Of a DNA stretch of 64,000 nucleotides, positions 9,353 to 18,562 are shown one piece after another (within the stretch, counting starts at the first letter, position 1; every line of letters begins with the position of its first letter). A model generated the notes under the pieces. The model did not search any database. It had not been told where the DNA came from and saw nothing but the letters and a program-made list of their open reading frames with translations. The position numbers and the translations under genes were made by a program. The stretch lies in IMG/VR virus record IMGVR_UViG_3300005747_000012, positions 65,268 to 129,267 of that record; one strand, 5' to 3'. The stretch comes from a virus.

Positions 9353-9480
9353 TAGGAAGAGGTGGCTCACTGTATGACCACCCCTATGCTCTTTTTTAAT
9401 AGTCCTTATGGGTTACAGTTGCGACCTGTGCTCTACTTCGGCCCCTATACGACTACAAGCCCACAACAGGGAGGTAGCAT
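9353..9480 (-). ncRNA. putative structured small RNA of unknown family (~125 nt)
   Basis: GC-richer ORF-free island with own promoter; 5' AUGCU pairs with AGCAU, UAGUC/GACUA, UAU-GGG/CCC-AUA and ACAG/CUGU helices; 3' hairpin AGGGGUGG-UCA...UGA-G-CCACCUCU. Confidence 0.6.
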
Positions 9481-9486
9481 GAACAC

Positions 9487-9515
9487 ATAGTATCATAGAA
9501 AAAAAAACCTTTCAA
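9487..9515 (-). promoter_or_regulatory. sigma70-type promoter for the putative ncRNA
   Basis: TTGAAA-17 bp-TACTAT with TG extension. Confidence 0.75.
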
Positions 9516-9524
9516 GAGAAAGGT
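9497..9524 (-). terminator. Rho-independent terminator overlapping the -35 box
   Basis: ACCTTTC-TCTT-GAAAGGT hairpin running into a 9-T tract on the minus strand. Confidence 0.7.
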
Positions 9525-9554
9525 CATTAAAAAATAAAGAAATTTTAAGGTTAT

Positions 9555-9761
9555 TTAAACGCCTAGTTTGGCTTTGATTTTTTCGATTGCTGATTGGTAT
9601 ATTTCTTCAACTTCTTCTTCGCTAATATTTAATGCTTTAGCAATTATTTCATCGCTTACACCATCGGGGTATTTTTCAAGAAGTTTGCTTATACTATTTT
9701 GAGCTTTAGGGTAATCAATGTAATCTTTTACATTATAAATTTTATGCTTTTTTTCTGTCAC
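9555..9761 (-). CDS. stand-alone sigma70 region-4-like HTH protein
   Basis: 'VSDEIIAKALNISEEEVEEIYQSAIEKIK' matches region 4.2 pattern (T..EIA..l.is.erV.qi...Al.KL). Confidence 0.7.
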   Translation of the reverse strand: MTEKKHKIYNVKDYIDYPKAQNSISKLLEKYPDGVSDEIIAKALNISEEEVEEIYQSAIEKIKAKLGV

Positions 9762-10128
9762 TAGAAAACTCCAATATATTGTTTTTAAACTGCATCCGGT
9801 AAATTTCGTAAAAACGCTCTATTTCTTTTTTGTGAAAATCTTCCTTATAACTTAAAATATTTTTTAAAGGCTGTATTTTTTTGTTGTAATATTTAATTCT
9901 CATTTCAACTAATTCTTTTTGGTGTTTAATTTTTTTATATTCCAAAAGAGAAACTGTAACCCTGTCTTTTTTTAAGAAAGCAATGTTTTCATCTATTTCT
10001 TTTTTTATTTTTAAATTATTAAAAAGTTGAATTTCAAATTTTTCAAGGTCTTTGGAAATAATATTTAACTCCATTTCCATCCCTAAAATTTTCCCTCTTA
10101 ACTCTCTAACTTCTTCAGTCTCTTTCAT
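9742..10128 (-). CDS. hypothetical coiled-coil protein
   Basis: K/E-rich heptads; probable start MKETEEV (track start 10155). Confidence 0.6.
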   Translation of the reverse strand: MKETEEVRELRGKILGMEMELNIISKDLEKFEIQLFNNLKIKKEIDENIAFLKKDRVTVSLLEYKKIKHQKELVEMRIKYYNKKIQPLKNILSYKEDFHKKEIERFYEIYRMQFKNNILEFSSDRKKA

Positions 10129-10483
10129 CTCTATTTTTCCTTGCTTTAAAACCACAAGTACATTCTAGAATTTTCACTTTAGGAAAAATTAAAACGCTAA
10201 ATCCTTCCTTGTTATTTTTACCACATTTAGGGCATATTTCTTCTTTATTTTTTTTCACATCTTGAATTATATCTTCTAAACTTTCATCTTTTGTTTTTCT
10301 GCTGATATATTCGCAACTTTCGTTGAACGATCTTCTTAAAGTTTTGTTACTTTCTTCAAGCTGTTTAATTTTTTTATTTAACTGTTTTATTATACTTTTT
10401 AATTTTTTATTTGCATCTTTAATATTACCCTGTTTTTCTTCTGGATATACTTGACTAGTATAGTTTCGATTTTTTTTACCCAC
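10115..10483 (-). CDS. coiled-coil protein with C-terminal zinc ribbon
   Basis: CPKC...CTC; GTG start with GGGAG RBS; TAATCTTTA motif upstream. Confidence 0.65.
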   Translation of the reverse strand: MGKKNRNYTSQVYPEEKQGNIKDANKKLKSIIKQLNKKIKQLEESNKTLRRSFNESCEYISRKTKDESLEDIIQDVKKNKEEICPKCGKNNKEGFSVLIFPKVKILECTCGFKARKNRDERD

Positions 10484-10509
10484 ATCTACTCCCTCTATCA
10501 GCATCAATA

Positions 10510-10518
10510 TAAAGATTA
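10510..10518 (-). promoter_or_regulatory. putative late promoter (TAATCTTTA)
   Basis: Exact copy of the motif found upstream of structural and lysis genes. Confidence 0.55.
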
Positions 10519-10561
10519 AGTCTTTTTCAGCAAAAAAGTGTAAGTATTTAAAATCTTTTAT

Positions 10562-11770
10562 TTATTCAAGCAAAATATTAAAGCTTTTATACATTTTATA
10601 TCGCCTATTTGAATTTACAAAACTATTTAAGGTTTGCGAAGCCTCAGCGTTAAACCCCAAAACTGAGGCAAAACTATCTGTTCCTGTTAAAGAACCGTTA
10701 ATTTGTATTCTTCCATTTCTAAAACTTGTGGGTTCATGAAAGTGACCTCCACGCATATAGTCTAAAGGCATACTAAGTTGATTACTTCTTTTAACCATAA
10801 GGGCCTCTAAACCCTTTCTATCAGCATTTTTACAGTTGTCGTAATGTTCATACAAAACAGTATTTCCATATATTTTAATTACAGCCCAAGGCTCTTTAGG
10901 AATTACAAATTCAATATTTTTTAGACCACCAATCTCGCAAAAATCTTTAATTGTATTATATATAATATGTGTAAAATTTTCTTCACCGGGATTGTGATAA
11001 GTTCTATTTACACCATCTCTATCATGATTGCCAGTTACAGCAACAACTCTAATAGGAATACCAAGTTGATTAAGTGGTACAATAACAATTTTAAAAATAT
11101 TAACTAAAGCTTCATAAATTTGTTTGGCATTACCAAACTCACAACCTTTTGCAGATTCCAATACGTGCATTGAATAATTTTCAATAATATCACCCATAAG
11201 GGCTATTACAATTTCGTCTATATTGTACTCTTTGCTATCACGCTCAATTTCACCAATAGTTTTTGCTACAATCTCTTGCAATCTTTGCTTACATATCTCA
11301 AGATTAAAAGGTTTTTTAAAAGAATCGACATCACCAGCTTCAATAAGTTTTCCAAAATGAATGTCGGATAAAAGAAGCTCTTTAGTCATTCCTTTTTTCT
11401 TTTTGCTTTTAATACGTTTTAGCGTTGGAACTTTTAATTTACCAACTTCTTTAGCTGCTGCCCTTACCGCATCAAGTATGTCATCTCTATCATTCCAAAG
11501 TTGTAAAATTGTTTTGTTTTCTTTAGCTGTAATAGAGTTGCTTTTTTTTACTCTGGCAACATCTTTAAGTTGTTTTAAACTATGCTCTTCGCCACCTTTA
11601 ACATTTTGATTTTTATATCTTTCGTAAATTGTTTTGACATCAACTTCGTTTAAATCATCATCAAATTTTTTATTGTATTTCATTGCAATTTCGTCAAAAC
11701 TTCTTCTTGAAACTACTTTTTGATGTACAATAAAGCCAATTTGTTCTTCGTTATAACTTTTTTTAGCCAT
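10562..11770 (-). CDS. calcineurin-like metallophosphoesterase with N-terminal HTH-like region
   Basis: 'SDIHFG', 'GDIIE', 'GNHDR', 'GHFH'. Confidence 0.85.
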   Translation of the reverse strand: MAKKSYNEEQIGFIVHQKVVSRRSFDEIAMKYNKKFDDDLNEVDVKTIYERYKNQNVKGGEEHSLKQLKDVARVKKSNSITAKENKTILQLWNDRDDILDAVRAAAKEVGKLKVPTLKRIKSKKKKGMTKELLLSDIHFGKLIEAGDVDSFKKPFNLEICKQRLQEIVAKTIGEIERDSKEYNIDEIVIALMGDIIENYSMHVLESAKGCEFGNAKQIYEALVNIFKIVIVPLNQLGIPIRVVAVTGNHDRDGVNRTYHNPGEENFTHIIYNTIKDFCEIGGLKNIEFVIPKEPWAVIKIYGNTVLYEHYDNCKNADRKGLEALMVKRSNQLSMPLDYMRGGHFHEPTSFRNGRIQINGSLTGTDSFASVLGFNAEASQTLNSFVNSNRRYKMYKSFNILLE

Positions 11771-11772
11771 AA

Positions 11773-12273
11773 TTACTCCGCAGTTTTTGTGGTAAAATCA
11801 TAAATTTCTAAAATTTTAAATTTTACAGAGCCTTCTTTGTCTTTGTAATCTAAAGTGACTGTTCCATTTACTTTTTTGCCAACAAATTTTTTCCTAAATT
11901 CTTCGGTATAATTTAGCATTACAAATCTTTGTTTTACTTTATCTTCTAAATTATCGCAAATTAAAAAAGAATTTTCACTAACCTTTTCTGCTTTTGCCAA
12001 AATTCCTTCCTTTAAATATCCTTTAATTTTTTGCTCCAACTCTTTTTCTTTTAATTCATTATTTTTTTTGTCTATATTTTTTTGGTTGATAGCTTTTTTT
12101 TCTTTTAACAATTCTACCACACATTCCTGTTTATCACCAACCATTTTTAATGCTGTTTTTAAGCTTTTGTTTTCTTGTAAAACATCATTTAATTTTTGAT
12201 TAATAATAAAAAATTGTGATTCTATTAGTTTTAATCTTTCGGCTGTAGTGGGTTTTTTTGATTTTTTAGTCAT
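11773..12273 (-). CDS. coiled coil plus GreA-C/FKBP-like domain, paralog 1
   Basis: 'KFVGKKVNGTV...FKILEIY'; aligns along its length with the neighbouring ORF. Confidence 0.55.
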   Translation of the reverse strand: MTKKSKKPTTAERLKLIESQFFIINQKLNDVLQENKSLKTALKMVGDKQECVVELLKEKKAINQKNIDKKNNELKEKELEQKIKGYLKEGILAKAEKVSENSFLICDNLEDKVKQRFVMLNYTEEFRKKFVGKKVNGTVTLDYKDKEGSVKFKILEIYDFTTKTAE

Positions 12274-12275
12274 AA

Positions 12276-12932
12276 TTACCTCGCAGTTACTTCTTGTTCT
12301 GTTTCTTTATTTTGTATTGCGGCAACTTCTTTTTCACTAGAAGTTTCAGGCATATCCAAATCTTGCACTGCTGACGTTGCTTCTTGAACCTCTTCAGGTG
12401 TTGGGTCGCCTGCAAGTTTTTGCTCTGCAAAATTATAAATTTCTATAATTTCAATATTGAGAGTTTCTCCATCGTTTTCAATTAAATCACCAACTTTTTT
12501 TCCGACAAACTTGGATTTAAGCTCTTCAACAAGTCTAGAGGTTAAAAATTGAAGCCTTGGATTTTCGACCTCACCTTTTTGGTTAAGTTCACGGGAAACA
12601 ACTAGTGAATTATCGCCAACTTCTTCAACTGCAACAGCTTGTCCATTTTCTACAAGCTCGTCTACTTTTTGTTTTAGAGCCGCCACTTTAAGATCAGTCA
12701 CTTTATTGTTAATATTATCATCACTTAACCCCTGCCCTTCTCTAAGCAATGCAATTACAGACTCTTGTTTGTCGTGCAATAGCTGTAGTGCATCTTTAAG
12801 AATTTCATTTTCTCTTGAAAGGTTGTAGATAATAAGCTCCATTTCTCCAGTTCTTCTGGCGGTGGCCATTAGTTGGTTTTCTAGAGCTTTTAGTTTTTCA
12901 CTTGCTTTAGGTTTTTTAGTTTCTTGAGTCAT
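12276..12932 (-). CDS. coiled coil plus GreA-C/FKBP-like domain, paralog 2
   Basis: 'EEVGDNSLV...KFVGKKVGD...IEIIEIY' resembles the GreA/GreB C-terminal domain. Confidence 0.55.
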   Translation of the reverse strand: MTQETKKPKASEKLKALENQLMATARRTGEMELIIYNLSRENEILKDALQLLHDKQESVIALLREGQGLSDDNINNKVTDLKVAALKQKVDELVENGQAVAVEEVGDNSLVVSRELNQKGEVENPRLQFLTSRLVEELKSKFVGKKVGDLIENDGETLNIEIIEIYNFAEQKLAGDPTPEEVQEATSAVQDLDMPETSSEKEVAAIQNKETEQEVTAR

Positions 12933-12943
12933 AGTATTCTCCT

Positions 12944-13840
12944 TTAAATTTTACCAGCTTTTTTAAGCAAGGCCATCCAATGACTAGCCTCTTGATTTAC
13001 AGATGTTTTTGTTTGATAATGTGAATTGATAATATCCTGAGCCTGCTGTTCTGAGCCTGCACCGGCAATAGCTGATTTTGTTTTGGGCTTTTTATGTCTT
13101 TCAGCCACAATTTCAGCTTTTTTTTCTAAAGGCATGTTTTTTAGTGTTTCAAGATATTTAATATCTTTCATTGCAATTTCATCAACACTCATATCTTTAG
13201 TGCTTGTATCAACAATTTCTTTTTTTAATCTTTTTTTTGGCTGTTGTTTAACAACTTTTTTATTAATTTTTGGTTTTAAACTATGGCGAACCGGTTGTTT
13301 TACTATTTTTTTACCAAGTGTATTCAACCCTTTTGTTTTTTCCTGTTTTTGCACAGGAGACAAAGGGCTAGGCTCTTTTTTAGGCTCTGGAACTTTTGCG
13401 CTTTGACCTTGGGTAACTTTAGAAGCTACCATTTTAAGAGCTTGAACTTCCATTTCGTTAAAATCAGACTCTACTCTTTGTACTACATCTTGTTTTTCTG
13501 CCCTCATACCAAGAAGAATTTCAAGTCTTTCCATGATAAAACTTTTAATTTCTTGCTGAACATTTGAAACAGCTTTAGGGTCTGCGTCAACACCATCAAA
13601 CAAATCATGTTTAATAAGCATTTCATACAGACGACCTTGTTCAAGTCGAATACGAGCGTTATCTATTATGTTTTTTTCTTCCTCAAAATCATCAAAAGCA
13701 TCCAGAGAAAAACTATCTTCATCTATTTCTTCATATTCCATTTCAACATAATCGTCGTCTTCTTCATACAAAGATTTCTCTTGCTCTAAAATTTCTTGTT
13801 CTGTTGGATATTCTCTATCCCATAATTTGTCATTGTTCAT
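12944..13840 (-). CDS. hypothetical protein (acidic N-terminus, basic middle)
   Basis: 298 aa, GAGGT RBS, own promoter. Confidence 0.7.
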   Translation of the reverse strand: MNNDKLWDREYPTEQEILEQEKSLYEEDDDYVEMEYEEIDEDSFSLDAFDDFEEEKNIIDNARIRLEQGRLYEMLIKHDLFDGVDADPKAVSNVQQEIKSFIMERLEILLGMRAEKQDVVQRVESDFNEMEVQALKMVASKVTQGQSAKVPEPKKEPSPLSPVQKQEKTKGLNTLGKKIVKQPVRHSLKPKINKKVVKQQPKKRLKKEIVDTSTKDMSVDEIAMKDIKYLETLKNMPLEKKAEIVAERHKKPKTKSAIAGAGSEQQAQDIINSHYQTKTSVNQEASHWMALLKKAGKI

Positions 13841-13861
13841 AATATACCTCGTCTTACAAAT

Positions 13862-13870
13862 ATAATATCA
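13862..13870 (-). promoter_or_regulatory. extended -10 promoter (TGATATTAT)
   Basis: Recurring motif. Confidence 0.65.
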
Positions 13871-13874
13871 CAAG

Positions 13875-15626
13875 TTATCCCTCGCAAGACAAACATTCAT
13901 CATTTCTACTAGCTACATCTGCCTGAATACCGGCTTTAGAACGACAGTAATAAAGTGTTTTAACACCAAGTTTCCAAGCTTCTATGTGTACTTTATTAAA
14001 GTAGCTAGGTTTTACATCAACTGGAAAAAACAAGTTAAGACTTTGAGATTGGCATATAAATTTTTGCCGTTGAGCTGCCTGCTGAACTATTGCCATTTGA
14101 TTAATTTCATAAGCTGTTAAAAATACTTTTTTTTCCTCGTCTGTTAGAAAATCTAAATGTTGAACAGAGCCGTGTTGCCTAGCAATATCTTTCCATACCT
14201 TGTCGGTATTTCTGCCATACTTTTCTAATATTACCATAAAAAATGGGTTTTTTCTAGTAAAAGTTCCTTTTGCCGTTTTATCAACGTAAGCATTTGCAAT
14301 CATTGGCTCAATACCCGGTGATACGTCACCTGATATAATTGAGTTAGATCGTGTTGGCGCAACAGCAATCAAATGGCTATTGTACATTCCGGTATTAAAA
14401 CACCACAATGGCTCACCAAATATTTTTGACAAATATCTTGAAGCACCTACAGCTTGTTCATGTATAAATTTAAATATTTCACTATTTAACATCATTGTTT
14501 GAAACCCTTCAAACGCCATATTTTTTGACTGAAGAAGGGTGTGCCACCCAAGTACACCAATACCAATAGCACGACCTCTTCTGGCATGTTTTACAACTTT
14601 TTCAAGCCCTTGAATTTTCGACCCTTTATCAATAAACTCATCAAGAACACCATTCAAAAATACAGTCATAATTTGTGGAAGCGTTAGTCCTTTAATAGAA
14701 TTATTTTTCCACTCATCATATCTGGCTAAATTAGCTGATGCTAGACAGCAAATAAAACTATGGTCATCATCAGTAAACAACGTAATTTCTGAGCATATAT
14801 TTGTCATGTCAACTTCAAGCCCACGTTTTTTATAAGCTTCTGGGTTTGTTTTGTTTACATTATCTTTGTACATAATATAAGGTTCGCCAGTTTCCATACG
14901 AGCTTTCATAAGCTCTGCCCATTTTGCCCTAGCGTCATAATCACCATCCAACACTTTTTCCATAAAAATGTCGTTAATTACTGTGCAGTGATGTAAATTT
15001 CCACACTGGCGATTAATATCACCTTCTGGCCTCCTCATTCTAGCAAATTCATGCCAATCTCCATGGTCAATATTTAAATTTATAGAAGCTGCCCCACGCC
15101 TAGTGGACCCCTGTGAAATACCTATGACAGTAGAATCATAAATTTTCATAAAAGGAACAATACCTTCTGAAGTACCATTTTCTCCGTTTTTAATTAACGA
15201 GCCTCTAGGTCGAACCCTTTGAAGATTCATACCAACACCGCCACCGCCTTTAGTAAGCAATGCAAGTTCACTAGCGCATTCCATAATTCTTTGTATAGAA
15301 TCTCCAGTGTCATTTCCATAGCATGAGATAGGAAGCCCTCTGTCCAAGCCTAGATTGGCCAATACAGGGCTTGCAGGGCACATCCAGTTACGCCACATGG
15401 CTTCAAAAAATACTTTAGCCATTTCTTCTTTATCCAAATTAAAAATTTTTTTTATATTTCTAAACAAATAATTAGCCGCACTATTAGCTACACGCCAATA
15501 CATATCTTTAGGAGTTTCTCCTTTAAGCCTGTAACCCTTTGAAATTGTTGTGTAACCGGCAATAGTCATCCACTCTGGAGCAAACCTATTTTCTTTTAGT
15601 TCTTTTAATTCCTTTTCTAAACTCAT
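13875..15626 (-). CDS. nrdA: ribonucleotide reductase class Ia alpha subunit (no ATP cone)
   Basis: 'PISCY', 'GGGVG', 'TNICSEI', 'APTRSNS', 'KTLYY', C-terminal CLSCEG. Confidence 0.96.
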   Translation of the reverse strand: MSLEKELKELKENRFAPEWMTIAGYTTISKGYRLKGETPKDMYWRVANSAANYLFRNIKKIFNLDKEEMAKVFFEAMWRNWMCPASPVLANLGLDRGLPISCYGNDTGDSIQRIMECASELALLTKGGGGVGMNLQRVRPRGSLIKNGENGTSEGIVPFMKIYDSTVIGISQGSTRRGAASINLNIDHGDWHEFARMRRPEGDINRQCGNLHHCTVINDIFMEKVLDGDYDARAKWAELMKARMETGEPYIMYKDNVNKTNPEAYKKRGLEVDMTNICSEITLFTDDDHSFICCLASANLARYDEWKNNSIKGLTLPQIMTVFLNGVLDEFIDKGSKIQGLEKVVKHARRGRAIGIGVLGWHTLLQSKNMAFEGFQTMMLNSEIFKFIHEQAVGASRYLSKIFGEPLWCFNTGMYNSHLIAVAPTRSNSIISGDVSPGIEPMIANAYVDKTAKGTFTRKNPFFMVILEKYGRNTDKVWKDIARQHGSVQHLDFLTDEEKKVFLTAYEINQMAIVQQAAQRQKFICQSQSLNLFFPVDVKPSYFNKVHIEAWKLGVKTLYYCRSKAGIQADVASRNDECLSCEG

Positions 15627-16592
15627 TTACATTTCCTCAAATAAATTATCTACTGTAAAACCACACTTAGCATAATCGGTCACACGACTACTAAAAAAGT
15701 CCGTAAACTTTTGCCCACCACTTAACTCGTCAAACCACGCCATTTTATCTAAACTTTTTTGATCAATGTTTTTCCAATTACTTTTTAAACCCAAATCATA
15801 AAGCTTGGCATTAGCTCTCATTCTAATAAAGTTTTTAAGGTCAACAGGGTCTAAACCTCTAATTTTACCTAAACTAAAAGCATGGTCAATAAATTCATCT
15901 TCAAGTTTAACAGAAACCCTTGCAGCTTCATAAATATCTTTTTTAAGTTCATCATCCCAGATATCCGGGTTTTCTTCAATAAAAGTTTTAAACAACCAGC
16001 ATCCAGCTTCAGAGTGTAATGACTCGTCACGTACAGACCAGCTTACAATAGTCTCAACACCTTCCAGTAGGTTAAAGCGAGAAAAGTTCATAAGAATAGC
16101 AAATGAGCTAAATAGGTTTACACCTTCTGTAAAACCACTAAAAATAGCCAAAGAACGTGCAATGTTACGCTTGCTCTTGCCTTTTACAGACTTTAAATTC
16201 TCTAGCTTGGCTAAAGCCGTAGGGTCTTGTAAAAAAGCTGAATAATCGTCTAATCCGAGACTGTCGTTAAGGTATGAGTAACCAACTGTATGAACACTTT
16301 CCATTGCTGCAAAAGCCGATGCCATCATGCAAATCTCAGGTTTTGGAAACCAACGACTAACTTTTGTACTCCAATAGTCGTTAACACTAATTTCTGTTTG
16401 TGTAAATGATTTAAGAATTTGACCAACAACAAGTCTTTCTGATTCTGTTAACTTGTGTGTCCAATCGTTAATGTCTTTTGACATTGCAACTTCTGATGGT
16501 AGCCAATGTGCGTTTTGTTGTTTTTCAAAATATTCAAATGCCTTGGGATATTCAAAGGGTTTATAAATTTCACGCAAGGTTGTTATTGGCAT
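15627..16592 (-). CDS. nrdB: ribonucleotide reductase class I beta subunit
   Basis: 'HWLPSEV', 'ESVHTVGY' (radical Tyr), 'EGVNLFSSF', 'RDESLH', 'DFFSSRVTDY'. Confidence 0.96.
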   Translation of the reverse strand: MPITTLREIYKPFEYPKAFEYFEKQQNAHWLPSEVAMSKDINDWTHKLTESERLVVGQILKSFTQTEISVNDYWSTKVSRWFPKPEICMMASAFAAMESVHTVGYSYLNDSLGLDDYSAFLQDPTALAKLENLKSVKGKSKRNIARSLAIFSGFTEGVNLFSSFAILMNFSRFNLLEGVETIVSWSVRDESLHSEAGCWLFKTFIEENPDIWDDELKKDIYEAARVSVKLEDEFIDHAFSLGKIRGLDPVDLKNFIRMRANAKLYDLGLKSNWKNIDQKSLDKMAWFDELSGGQKFTDFFSSRVTDYAKCGFTVDNLFEEM

Positions 16593-16614
16593 GAGTTTCT
16601 CCTTTTCTTTATCT

Positions 16615-16623
16615 ATAATATCA
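16615..16623 (-). promoter_or_regulatory. extended -10 promoter of nrdBA
   Basis: TGATATTAT upstream of AGGAG RBS. Confidence 0.65.
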
Positions 16624-16637
16624 TAATTTAGATAAAA

Positions 16638-17438
16638 TTAAAAGTGAAAAATTCTACGAGTAATTAATACTGAGATAAACAAAAGCAGAACACGGAATGC
16701 GGCTTTTCCATAAGCTTTATAACGGATTAACTCAGAAACTTTTTCATTGGCACCTTTGGCTTGTTGTTCTTTAAGATTTATCAGTTTGCTTACAAGTTTT
16801 TCTTTTTCTAATCGAGTAGCAGAATAATTTTTTGGCCAATCTTTTTTAAGATAATATTCCATATCTTTTTCTTTTTGGGCAATCTGCTTTTCCACTATGA
16901 CAATTTGTTGAGTAATAGCATTTGTATTCCCAACATTTTTAGAACTGTCTATAAATGTTTTTGAAGTAATTACAAAAAGCATCAGGCAGAATATGGATGT
17001 TCTAAGTACACCAACTGCTGCTGCTTGCCATTTGTTATCAGAACGATAACCAGATAGAAATATAAAACAAACTTCTGTAAGTATTGCTTTTACATATGTT
17101 TTGGTATCAATTGCCCCATCAATTGCATAAAATTCAAGGGCTTCACTTACAAGAAATCCGGTTATGGTAGCTAACAGTGCGAAATAAAAGACATTCATAT
17201 AGTTGTTCAATACAACTTTCTTAAACCATCGAACAAATCTTTTTTCCTTCCACTTATTAAGATTATCTTGGCTAAAGACATCGTAGACCGACATGGACGA
17301 ATCATTGAAGATTGACCGGATTAAGTCATTGATTTCATCAAGAAAGTTCAGAGATTCTTCTTCGGTGTCGGCTAATTCGACCTGATATCCATCTCTAAGC
17401 TTTTTTACTTTTTCTACTATTTCGTTGTCGTTTTTCAT
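16638..17438 (-). CDS. multi-pass membrane protein with coiled coil
   Basis: About four hydrophobic segments. Confidence 0.7.
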   Translation of the reverse strand: MKNDNEIVEKVKKLRDGYQVELADTEEESLNFLDEINDLIRSIFNDSSMSVYDVFSQDNLNKWKEKRFVRWFKKVVLNNYMNVFYFALLATITGFLVSEALEFYAIDGAIDTKTYVKAILTEVCFIFLSGYRSDNKWQAAAVGVLRTSIFCLMLFVITSKTFIDSSKNVGNTNAITQQIVIVEKQIAQKEKDMEYYLKKDWPKNYSATRLEKEKLVSKLINLKEQQAKGANEKVSELIRYKAYGKAAFRVLLLFISVLITRRIFHF

Positions 17439-18060
17439 CTTCTTTAGCCTTGCGTTTGGCTTCTCGTTCAGCTTTACGTTTTTCTTTTTCTATTCTTTTT
17501 ATTTCTTTTTCATCTATATACGCTTGGTATTTTACTTTTAATAATTCAATTTCGTCTTCAATATCAATATTTTTTTCTTCTTTTAATTTTTCTACAAGTT
17601 CTCTTCTGATAAAATTCTCTTCATCAGATTTTATCTTATGACAACTGGGTTCACCATTATTTTTTTTTAAAGGCGTACTACACACAACTTGTAAGTTATC
17701 TTTATCACAAAAAATACGATCTGCCATCTCATCATATGTCATATCGGCTTCAACTTTATGCAAAGGTACTACCGGAATTAAATGATCTACTTGAATATAC
17801 TTTTGCATAAACATATTACCGCAGATGGCACATTTATATCTTACTTGAGGTCTTTTACCCGGAGTACCATCTTTTTTAAGTGCTGGTGGTAACTCATGTT
17901 TAGCACGTTGTAATGTCTCCCACATTTGCGGAGACATCCTAAAAGATTGTCTAAGAGCACCTTTTACACGGTTACGCTCTTGTTTCCAGCGACCGTTTTC
18001 ATCATACTCTTCATGAACATTTTCCAATGACCTTTTGGGTTTATTTTTTCTTTTTGGCAT
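17395..18060 (-). CDS. HNH endonuclease
   Basis: CAIC...'QVDHLIPV'...'NLQVVC'...'CHKIKS'. Confidence 0.85.
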   Translation of the reverse strand: MPKRKNKPKRSLENVHEEYDENGRWKQERNRVKGALRQSFRMSPQMWETLQRAKHELPPALKKDGTPGKRPQVRYKCAICGNMFMQKYIQVDHLIPVVPLHKVEADMTYDEMADRIFCDKDNLQVVCSTPLKKNNGEPSCHKIKSDEENFIRRELVEKLKEEKNIDIEDEIELLKVKYQAYIDEKEIKRIEKEKRKAEREAKRKAKEDEKRQRNSRKSKKA

Positions 18061-18061
18061 A

Positions 18062-18562
18062 TCATATTTCTACTTTCGGGGCATTATCGTCAAACCTTTC
18101 TTTTAGATACCAAGATACATACTCACATTTTTGTTCTAATGTTTTAATTGTTGGATTGTAATCTTCATTAATGTCTGCAATAGCTTCTGAAACAGCTTTA
18201 AGTGATTTATCGGCCTCTTTTTCAGCTTTGATTTGGGCAAGCTGTTTGGCATAAGCTACAAGATTTTTTTCAAATTCAGATTTTAATTCAGCCTCAAATT
18301 TATGACCAAACTTATATATGCAATCCATCATCTTTTTTAAAGCATTAATTGTTTGATTATAAGGCTTTGCTAACTCAGCTTTTTTAGCCATCAGTGCAAT
18401 AAGCTCTTCATCCCTAGCTTTTTGAACAATTAAATCTTGTTTTTGCCTAAGATAAATAATAAGAGCCTTATCAAGCTCTTCTTTGTTTTTAATTTCTTTT
18501 ATTGCATTTGCAAAAGTAGGGTGTTTTTCTTCTACAATTTCGTCAATAGTTTTTTTAGCCAT
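18062..18562 (-). CDS. hypothetical helical protein with internal two-fold repeat
   Basis: Halves share L..Y..Q......K..D..L...........YN.TI..L pattern. Confidence 0.7.
   Translation of the reverse strand: MAKKTIDEIVEEKHPTFANAIKEIKNKEELDKALIIYLRQKQDLIVQKARDEELIALMAKKAELAKPYNQTINALKKMMDCIYKFGHKFEAELKSEFEKNLVAYAKQLAQIKAEKEADKSLKAVSEAIADINEDYNPTIKTLEQKCEYVSWYLKERFDDNAPKVEI

Noticed and set aside
9353-9480. tRNA, hammerhead/twister ribozyme or glycine riboswitch
   Set aside because: No cloverleaf or T-loop; no CUGANGA/GAAA core; plus-strand UACAAGCCC lacks the twister P4 partner; CCGAAG lacks the glycine-aptamer pairing strand
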